Source: Escherichia coli
Lineage (GTDB): Bacteria; Pseudomonadota; Gammaproteobacteria; Enterobacterales; Enterobacteriaceae
NCBI RefSeq assembly: GCF_003334765.1
Contig: NZ_QOWT01000057.1
Length of the DNA: 11,220 nt
Direction: 5' to 3' (one strand)
A program made the translations under genes and the position numbers. The number at the start of each line of letters is the position of its first letter. Position 1 is the first letter of the stretch. Positions 1 through 5,871 of this stretch are shown one piece after another. The notes under the pieces were generated by a model. It searched no databases, had not been told where the DNA came from, and saw nothing but the letters and a program-made list of their open reading frames with translations.

Positions 1-735
1 CAGTCTGGCATCATCAGATATAACCCGGCTCTGGATATGGCTGGTGCATTGACCACGGTAAAACGCCAGCATCGCCCTGCTCTGGATCTTTCACGCCTGC
101 CTGAACTTCTGTCGCGTATTGACGGTTATAAAGGTCAGCCTGTCACCCGACTGGCAGTTATGCTGAATTTACTGGTTTTTATTCGTTCCAGTGAACTCAG
201 ATATTCCCGCTGGTCTGAAATTGATATTGACAATGCCATGTGGACTATTCCAGCCGAACGCGAACCTCTGCCAGGCGTAAAATACTCACACCGGGGCTCC
301 AAGATGCGAACACCACATCTTGTGCCACTCAGCAAACAGGCTGTAGCCATACTGACAGAACTACAGACATGGGCTGGTGAAAATGGTCTGATCTTTACGG
401 GAGCACATGACCCGCGTAAACCGATCAGTGAAAATACTGTAAATAAAGCCCTGAGGGTGATGGGATATGACACAACCCAGGAAGTCTGTGGTCATGGATT
501 CCGGGCGATGGCGTGCAGTGCATTGATTGAATCAGGTTTGTGGTCCCGCGATGCTGTGGAACGTCAGATGAGCCATCAGGAGCGTAATGGTGTACGTGCT
601 GCATATATCCATAAAGCAGAACATCTGGAAGAACGTCGACTGATGCTACAGTGGTGGGCAGATTTTCTGGGTGCGAACAGAGAACAATGTATCAGCTCGT
701 TTGAATATGCAAAGATTAACAATCCATTAAAATAG
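1..735 (+). CDS. P4/CP4-type tyrosine recombinase (phage/island integrase), C-terminal ~244 aa; the 5' end lies outside the window
   Basis: Frame 1 is open from nt 1 (QSGIIRYNPALDMAG...) to TAG at 733-735. It contains the tyrosine-recombinase catalytic box: ...CGHGFRAMACSALIESGLWSRDAVERQMSHQERNGVRAAYIHKAEHLEERRLMLQWWADFL. That gives HxxR plus the Y of AAYIH, and it closely resembles my recollection of E. coli CP4-57/IntS-like integrases. Confidence 0.9.
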   Translation, partial: QSGIIRYNPALDMAGALTTVKRQHRPALDLSRLPELLSRIDGYKGQPVTRLAVMLNLLVFIRSSELRYSRWSEIDIDNAMWTIPAEREPLPGVKYSHRGSKMRTPHLVPLSKQAVAILTELQTWAGENGLIFTGAHDPRKPISENTVNKALRVMGYDTTQEVCGHGFRAMACSALIESGLWSRDAVERQMSHQERNGVRAAYIHKAEHLEERRLMLQWWADFLGANREQCISSFEYAKINNPLK

Positions 736-742
736 TAATCAT

Positions 743-770
743 CCCGGGCTGCCAGCCCGGGAATTATTTT
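743..770 (+). terminator. Rho-independent terminator after the integrase gene
   Basis: Perfect 8-bp GC-rich stem, cccgggct (743-750) pairing with agcccggg (754-761), and a 3-nt loop. It is followed by aattatttt and lies 8 nt after the integrase stop. Confidence 0.6.
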
Positions 771-942
771 ATGAATATTTTTCTTTGTGAGTAACTGGGA
801 AAAGGATAGCGAAGTAAATTACTTTAATGAATTATTCCAGGGGCTCATTAAAGTCCTTTCGTAATACTTTATAGTCAAACACGTTATGGCTGGCATCAAA
901 AACTACGGATTTCCCCTGTATCAACGCCACGATTTTTGACCG

Positions 943-970
943 TTAGGGGATGCGGACGATTTCCTGGACT
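943..970. repeat. Left terminal inverted repeat of IS3-family element 1
   Basis: ttaggggatgcggacgatttcctggact. The core cggacgatttcctggact (953-970) is the exact reverse complement of 2520-2537. The outer part ttagg..at matches with a 2-nt indel. Confidence 0.75.
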
Positions 971-985
971 CTCAGGAGATGAAAC

Positions 986-2513
986 ATGTTTACTGAAGAA
1001 CAAAAAATTCGCACCATTGAGCTTTATTTCAAATATGGTAAGAAGCTGGCCCCGTCGTACGCGAACTGGGCTACCCTTCGAAAAGAAATCTGCGGCGTTG
1101 GATCCGTTCATGGGAAGCAGGTGGCGGATCAAAAGAATCCATTCGTCATAAGCACCGTTACTCCGATGAGCAAAAACAGGTTGCCGTTGAACATTATCTT
1201 AACCACGGCTGCTGCCTGGCGTTTACCAGCAGGACTCTGGGTTATCCCTGTACCGATATGCTCGCTCGCTGGGTTAATGAACGTTCCCCCGACAGACGAC
1301 GTGTATTTACCAGTAAGACCAATCCGGTTGCGTCCTTTGAACCAGAAGTCAAACGTCAGGCTGTCATGGTACTCTGTACACGACAAGGATCAGCCAGTGA
1401 AATCGCCAGGCGTATTGGTGTCAGTCGCGCGGTATTGTATAAATGGAAAGATGAAATTATCGGCAACAGTGCTTACCAGACTATGCGTAAACATAACGCC
1501 CCTTCCCTGGAGGCAGAACGCGATGCGTTGCGGGAGGAAGTCGCCCGACTGAATCAGGAAATACGCCGCCGGCAGATGGAACTGGATATTCTGAAAAAAG
1601 CGGAGGAAATAATAAAAAAAGACCCGGGCATCAGCATCAGTCACCTGAACAACAGAGAAAAAACAAAGATTACTGATGCCCTGAGATAAACATATCCCCT
1701 GACAGAATTACTGCATGTTCTGGGCCTTGCCCGTAGCAGTTATTTTTATCACCGGGCTGCACTGAAAGCCAGTGATAAATACGCCACGATACGTACGATG
1801 CTGACAGATATATTTAACAGTAATTACCAGTGTTATGGCTATCGTCGCCTGCATGCGATGCTCAGGCATGAGGGGGATCGGCTATCAGAAAAGGTTGTAC
1901 GCAGACTTATGGTGGAGGAACAGCTTGTCGTCAGCCGTAACCGTCATCGCCGCTACAGCTCATATTGCGGAGAAATCGGACCTTCTCCGGATAACCTTAT
2001 CGCCAGAGATTTTAAGGCGGAGCAACCTAATCAGAAATGGCTGACAGATATCACGGAGTTCCAGCTTCCTGCAGGAAAAGTCTGGCTATCACCGGTGGTG
2101 GACTGCTTCGACAGAAAAGTTGTGAGCTGGTCTCTCAGTACACGCCCCGATGCTGAACTGGTCAACACTATGCTGGATAACGCTGTCGAAACGTTAAATG
2201 CTGGCGAACGACCGGTGATACACAGTGACAGAGGTGGGCATTATCGCTGGCCTGGCTGGAAAGAGTGAATACAGCAGGCCTTATTCGCTCAATGTCCCGT
2301 AAAGGATGCTCGCCTGATAATGCTGCATGCGAAGGCTTTTTCGGCAGACTGAAAACTGAAATATATTATGGGCGTAAATGATTGGGTATCACGCCTGAAA
2401 AATTCATGCGGCATGTGGATGCTTACATCAGATGGTATAACGAGCGGCGTATAAAATTTTCGCTGGGTGCAGTCATCCCTGAAATGTACCGCCAACAATG
2501 CGGGCTGGCATAA
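986..2513 (+). pseudogene. IS3-family transposase (orfA-orfB), inactivated
   Basis: The homologous reading is spread over three frames.
- MFTEEQKIRTIELYFKYGKK in frame 2, then a frameshift near 1040-1050.
- ...AGPVVRELGYPSKRNLRRWIRSWEAGG...LDILKKAEEIIKKDPGISISHLNNREKTKITDALR in frame 1, then an in-frame TAA at 1687-1689.
- TYPLTELLHVLGLARSSYFYH...HSDRGGHYRWPGW, then a frameshift near 2250-2265.
- ...LERVNTAGLIRSMSRKGCSPDNAACEGFFGRLKTEIYYGRK, then TGA at 2379-2381.
- LGITPEKFMRHVDAYIRWYNERRIKFSLGAVIPEMYRQQCGLA, then TAA at 2511-2513. Confidence 0.8.
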
Positions 2514-2519
2514 TAAAGC

Positions 2520-2545
2520 AGTCCAGGAAATCGTCCGAATCCTAA
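2520..2545. repeat. Right terminal inverted repeat of IS3-family element 1
   Basis: agtccaggaaatcgtccgaatcctaa. Its reverse complement, ttaggattcggacgatttcctggact, matches 943-970. Confidence 0.75.
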
Positions 2546-2556
2546 TTACTGTCTTA

Positions 2557-2690
2557 TATCATTGGCGCTGATACATTAACAGGACGCTTCACCTGCGCGT
2601 AATAAACGCTACGGTGAACACCGAATAAATGACAAATAATCCGCACTGGCCGCTTTGCTTTCAGCAGTGTGATTAGCGCGACAGCTTGCC
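2557..2690 (-). pseudogene. IS3-family OrfB, N-terminal ~40 codons only (truncated)
   Basis: The -1 frame relative to orfA reads QAVALITLLKAKRPVRIICHLFGVHRSVYYAQVKRPVNVSAPMI, then TAA (2554-2556). This is the typical OrfB N-terminal region (..P V..LC..LGVSRS.YY..). No DDE domain follows, and the DNA to its left is IS3-family element 1. Confidence 0.7.
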
Positions 2691-2990
2691 GGGGATTTCG
2701 CTCATCAGCACGGCAGCCTGCTTTAGTATTTCTTTTTCCATCTCAAGGCGCTTTATCTGCGCTTTTAAGCTGCTGAATTTCTCGCTGTTCAGGGGTATGG
2801 CATTACCAGCGGGCTCAATACCCTGAAGTTCCAGCTTATACAACCGTATCCATTTACGCAAATGGTCAGGATTGAGCTCAAGTGCCAGCGCGACTTCTCT
2901 GACATCGCGCTGGTATTTAACTACTTGCTCGATAGCTTCGAGCCTGAACTCCGGGGAAAAGGTGCGTTTAGTCCGACGAGTTTTGCTCAT
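2673..2990 (-). CDS. IS3-family transposase OrfA (HTH DNA-binding protein)
   Basis: 105 aa: MSKTRRTKRTFSPEFRLEAIEQVV...LRKWIRLY...IKRLEMEKEILKQAAVLMSEIPGKLSR. This is the same layout as IS911/IS3 OrfA, with an N-terminal HTH, a leucine-zipper-like region and a C-terminal ...EILKKA..L.S.... tail. Confidence 0.85.
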   Translation of the reverse strand: MSKTRRTKRTFSPEFRLEAIEQVVKYQRDVREVALALELNPDHLRKWIRLYKLELQGIEPAGNAIPLNSEKFSSLKAQIKRLEMEKEILKQAAVLMSEIPGKLSR

Positions 2991-3790
2991 GCATCACCCC
3001 ATTTTCACTGTTTTAACATTAACAGGATTTCGAGGTGTCCTGAATTACCGATCCACTACATTAATTCTTACTGGTTAATGATTAACAATATGAATCATTA
3101 CATACGCCTGTTGTATATATTTTAGCCTCTCTTTTACCAAACATAAGAAAACTAAACAGGTGGCACCGCCCCTGCTGGCCCGACAGAGAAAATATCTCCT
3201 TATCACTGCTGCATGAGTGGTACAAATCAGAAAAAAAACTCTCAGTGATACGACTGGCTGAACTCCGTGTAAAAATGCATTGTGTACGATTTACGAAAAA
3301 CACACTGCCACACATCTGGAATTTACAATGTCCGGAGAGTGTGGAGAAACGAATAAAGACAGTTACGGGGCAAGAGTTGCATACAGTCGCCTCTTCTGTA
3401 AAACTCCACACACTGGAACAGAGAAGGTTCTGGTAAACATCCATCCCGGATACACATATCCACCATGCTATGGAAATCAGGATATTACCGTGCACTGAAT
3501 AAAATAATATTGCATGAATATTCAGGGCCGTCAGGATTCGTTCAACAAAGCACAGGGGCAGATAGATTATCTATACTGATTTAACAGTATAAATAATTCT
3601 TTCACCATCTTGTCAGCGATGAACATTTATGTTCTTTTATTTGAAGGAATCTGCTCTTACTCTCTGCCGGGCCGCCTCACTCATACAGATATCAGGCAGT
3701 CATAGATTGTTGTGAAAAGTAGATATTTACCGGATGACTGATGCACTTTTATATAAAGGCAGAATGTTTCAGTATATGGAAAATGATTAA

Positions 3791-4291
3791 ATGGAAAACA
3801 TACACTCATTAGAGAAGATAATCAAATATCAACAAAACAAAGATCCCCTGTATCCCTGTCAGGAACATCTTTTGATACAACTCTGTATCCGTGCAAACAA
3901 GAAAATACAGGATAATATATCGAGAATGCTGGGAGGATACGGAATAAATTACTCAACATATATGGTTCTCACCGTATTATCTACAGCAGATAATCATTGT
4001 CTTTCGCCTTCAGAGATCAGCAGAGAACTCCAGTTTACCAGAACAAACATTACCCGCATTACAGATTTTTTAGAAAAAGCCGGATATACAGAAAGAACTG
4101 ATAGCAAAGAGGACCGCCGTGCTAAAAAAATCAGTCTGACATCTGAAGGCCTGTCCTTTATTCAGGGCATTACCCTTACACAAAACCAGTACCTGAAAGA
4201 AATCTGGAGTCCTCTGACCTATGATGAACGTGAACTGTTTAAAGACATTAATCAAAAATTACTGACGCATTTTGCTGATGTACGTTCATAA
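3791..4291 (+). CDS. MarR-family winged-helix transcriptional regulator of the 17-kDa PapX/SfaX/FocX/PrsX type
   Basis: 166 aa. MarR wHTH signature: ...LSPSEISRELQFTRTNITRITDFLEKAGYTERTDSKEDRRAKKISLTSEGLSFI.... The size and much of the central sequence (GINYSTYMVL..., LQFTRTNITRITDFLEK, EDRRAKKISLTSEG) match my recollection of the PapX/SfaX family. Those proteins are encoded at the 3' end of pap/sfa/foc fimbrial operons. Family-level MarR assignment is strong; the PapX-subfamily assignment is from memory. Confidence 0.8.
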   Translation: MENIHSLEKIIKYQQNKDPLYPCQEHLLIQLCIRANKKIQDNISRMLGGYGINYSTYMVLTVLSTADNHCLSPSEISRELQFTRTNITRITDFLEKAGYTERTDSKEDRRAKKISLTSEGLSFIQGITLTQNQYLKEIWSPLTYDERELFKDINQKLLTHFADVRS

Positions 4292-4298
4292 AGTATGA

Positions 4299-4379
4299 CA
4301 CGGTAAAATGACACTGGAAAATCCTTCACCAGAGCTGCTCACTGTGTTGATCCGTGAACTGACCGGGAGGGGAAGATGA
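4299..4379 (+). pseudogene. IS66 orf1 (tnpA) 3' remnant
   Basis: HGKMTLENPSPELLTVLIRELTGRGR* with the ATGA stop/start overlap into tnpB that is typical of IS66 elements. An in-frame TGA at 4296-4298 marks the upstream limit. Confidence 0.7.
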
Positions 4380-4726
4380 TCTCACGCCCATCAGGTACCC
4401 GCATCTGGCTCGTTGCCGGCGTTACCGATATGCGTAAATCCTTCAACGGTCTGGGAGAACAGGTACAACATGTGCTGGATGAGAACCCCTTCTCAGGTCA
4501 CCTGTTTATCTTTCGTGGCCGACGGTGTGACACTGTTAAAATACTCTGGGCCGATTCTGATGGTCTGTGCCAGTTCACCAAACACCTGGAGGAAGGCCAG
4601 TTTATCTGGCCTGCGGTACGTGACGGCAAGGTATCCATTACCCGCTCGCAACTGGCAATGCTCCTCGATAAGCTGGACTGGCGTCAGCCAAAAACATCCC
4701 GCCTTAACTCACTGACAATGTTGTAA
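4376..4726 (+). CDS. tnpB: IS66-family accessory protein TnpB (Orf2); unrelated to IS200/IS605 TnpB nucleases
   Basis: 116 aa: MISRPSGTRIWLVAGVTDMRKSFNGLGEQVQHVLDENPFSGHLFIFRGRRCDTVKILWADSDGLCQFTKHLEEGQFIWP.... This is the characteristic IS66 Orf2 sequence and length, and the frame is intact. Confidence 0.9.
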   Translation: MISRPSGTRIWLVAGVTDMRKSFNGLGEQVQHVLDENPFSGHLFIFRGRRCDTVKILWADSDGLCQFTKHLEEGQFIWPAVRDGKVSITRSQLAMLLDKLDWRQPKTSRLNSLTML

Positions 4727-4756
4727 AAAACTCCTGACCGCATTATAAAAACGGTC

Positions 4757-5547
4757 ATGAGTCAGAAATACCTCATTCGCATTGCAGAACTGGAAAGGTT
4801 GCTCTCTGAGCAGGCTGAAGCCCTCCGTCAGAAAGACCAGCAACTGAGTCTGGTTGAAGAGACGGAGGCCTTCCTGCGCTCTGCGCTGGCCCGCGCCGAA
4901 GAAAAGATCGAAGAGGAGGAACGGGAAATAGAACATCTTCGGGCTCAGATAGAAAAACTGCGCCGGATGCTGTTCGGTACCCGTTCTGAAAAACTGCAGC
5001 GTGAGGTTGAACAGGCTGAGTCCCAACTGAAACAACGAGAACAGGACAGCGATCGTTACAGTGGGCGAGAGGATGACCCGCAGGTTCCCCGCCAGTTGCG
5101 ACAGTCACGTCATCGTCGTCCGTTACCGGCACATCTTCCCCGTGAAATACACCGCCTGGAACCTGAAGAAAGTTGTTGCCAGGAGTGTGGCAGTGAGCTG
5201 GATTATCTGGGGGAAGTCAGTGCTGAGCAGCTGGAACTGGTGAGCAGTGCCCTGAAAGTGATCCGCACTGTTCGGGTAAAAAAAGCCTGTACAAAATGTG
5301 ACTGTATTGTTGAAGCACCGGCGCCGTCCCGTCCGATAGAGCGTGGTATCGCAGGTCCCGGCTTGCTTGCCCGTGTGTTAACGGGAAATACTGCGAACAT
5401 CTGCCACTGTACCGTCAGAGTGAAATCTTTGCCCGTTAGGGCGTCGAGCTGAGCCGTGCATTACTCTCCAACTGGGTTGACGCGTGCTGCCAGTTAATGG
5501 CTCCGCTGAATGATGCCCTATACCGTTATGTGATGAACTCCCGCCTG
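4757..5547 (+). pseudogene. tnpC: IS66-family transposase TnpC (Orf3), frameshifted, with a nonsense codon and 3'-truncated
   Basis: N-terminal coiled coil, then MLFGTRSEKL and the CxxC...CxxC zinc-finger region (CCQECGSELDYLG...CTKCDC).
- A 1-nt deletion near 5383-5389 shifts the reading into frame 1: [51 protein letters not shown].
- There is an in-frame TAG at 5437-5439 where family members have Gln.
- Homology ends at ~5545, about half of a ~520-aa TnpC. Confidence 0.85.
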
Positions 5548-5805
5548 GGAACCATCCACGGCACGTCGGTCGGCGAACTGCTGGCGTGGATCAAAGAAGA
5601 TAAAAACCCTCGCAAAGGCGAGATGGTGCTGATTATTGAAGGCCATAAAGCCCAGGATGACGAACTGCCCGCCAATGCGCTGCGTACGCTGGCGCTGTTG
5701 TAGGCTGAGCTGCCGTTGAAGCAAGCGGCGGCGTTGGCGGCAGAAATCCACGGAGTGAAGAAGAATGCGTTGTATAAGTATGCGCTGGAAAAGCAGGGGG
5801 AATAA
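5548..5805 (+). pseudogene. rsmI: 16S rRNA (cytidine1402-2'-O)-methyltransferase RsmI (YraL), 3' remnant (~85 of ~287 codons) with an internal stop
   Basis: Reads ...[83 protein letters not shown]. My recollection of the E. coli RsmI C-terminus is ...[88 protein letters not shown] at 5701-5703 replaces the Gln codon. The natural stop is at 5803-5805. Confidence 0.85.
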
Positions 5806-5824
5806 GCCCCTGCTGCCGGTTTTG
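5793..5824 (+). terminator. Possible terminator hairpin overlapping the rsmI stop codon
   Basis: gcagggg (5793-5799) pairs with cccctgc (5807-5813) around a 7-nt loop. The T-run (ggtttt) begins only 6 nt after the stem, so this is weak. Confidence 0.3.
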
Positions 5825-5855
5825 CCGGGTGGCGCTTGCGCCTTACCCGGTCTGC
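5824..5855. repeat. REP-like (repetitive extragenic palindromic) unit between convergent genes
   Basis: gccgggtggcgcttgcgccttacccggtctgc. ccgggt pairs with acccgg and ggcgc with gcgcc. The overall form matches enterobacterial REP/PU consensus-type elements (GCCGGATG..GCG...CGCCTTATCCGGCCTAC). Confidence 0.6.
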
Positions 5856-5871
5856 TCATTGGGACAAGCGT

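Larger units (their letters stand above)
937..2553 (+). mobile_element. IS3-family insertion sequence (IS150-group-like architecture), full length but degenerate; ends approximate (+/-10 bp)
   Basis: Imperfect terminal inverted repeats with an 18-bp perfect core. HTH-containing OrfA-like and DDE OrfB-like reading frames lie between them. DDE hallmarks: WLTDITEF, HSDRGGHY, SRKGCSPDNAACEGFFGRLKTE. Confidence 0.8.
2554..3060 (-). mobile_element. Second IS3-family element, truncated: left end, orfA and the first ~40 codons of orfB only
   Basis: An intact orfA and the start of a -1-frame orfB. A candidate left end on the minus strand, TGTAGTGGATCGGTAATTCAGGACACC, starts at + position 3060, about 70 bp upstream of the orfA ATG. 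The element stops where IS3-family element 1 ends. Confidence 0.65.
4296..5547 (+). mobile_element. IS66-family element fragment, truncated at both ends (no terminal repeats present)
   Basis: Contains, in the canonical IS66 order, the last ~24 codons of orf1 (tnpA), an intact orf2 (tnpB) and the first ~260 codons of orf3 (tnpC). The left break lies 5-8 nt after the MarR-gene stop. The right break, at 5545-5550, runs into rsmI sequence. Confidence 0.85.

Noticed and set aside
135-473. The 112-aa minus-strand ORF inside the integrase gene, and the ORFs 896-1132, 1129-1386, 1390-1644 and 2289-2498 inside the IS3 element.
   Set aside because: These are antisense or off-frame readings within regions already explained by integrase or transposase homology. 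They show no independent signals.
832-936. A minus-strand 35-codon tail (SKIVALIQGKSVVFDASHNVFDYKVLRKDFNEPLE*) abutting the IS3 left end, considered as a possible remnant of a gene cut by the IS.
   Set aside because: It is too short and unrecognisable to call, and it does not continue the orfB of the second IS3-family element.
3082-3498. ORFs 3082-3495 (minus), 3245-3436 (plus) and 3280-3498 (plus) as novel small proteins.
   Set aside because: They overlap one another, have no convincing start/SD, and have odd composition with no family resemblance. I kept them only as part of an unassigned-region finding.
3495-3525. An AT-rich hairpin, ctgaata...tattcag with an inner aatatt/aatatt pair, considered as a terminator.
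   Set aside because: The stem is almost all A/T, it has a 17-nt loop and there is no U-tract. It is not a credible intrinsic terminator.
3775-3789. A tiny upstream ORF, atg gaa aat gat taa (MEND*), directly abutting the MarR-gene ATG and repeating its first 8 nt (atggaaaa).
   Set aside because: It could be a leader peptide or an alternative-start artefact. There is no SD and no supporting structure, so it is most likely coincidence in AT-rich DNA.
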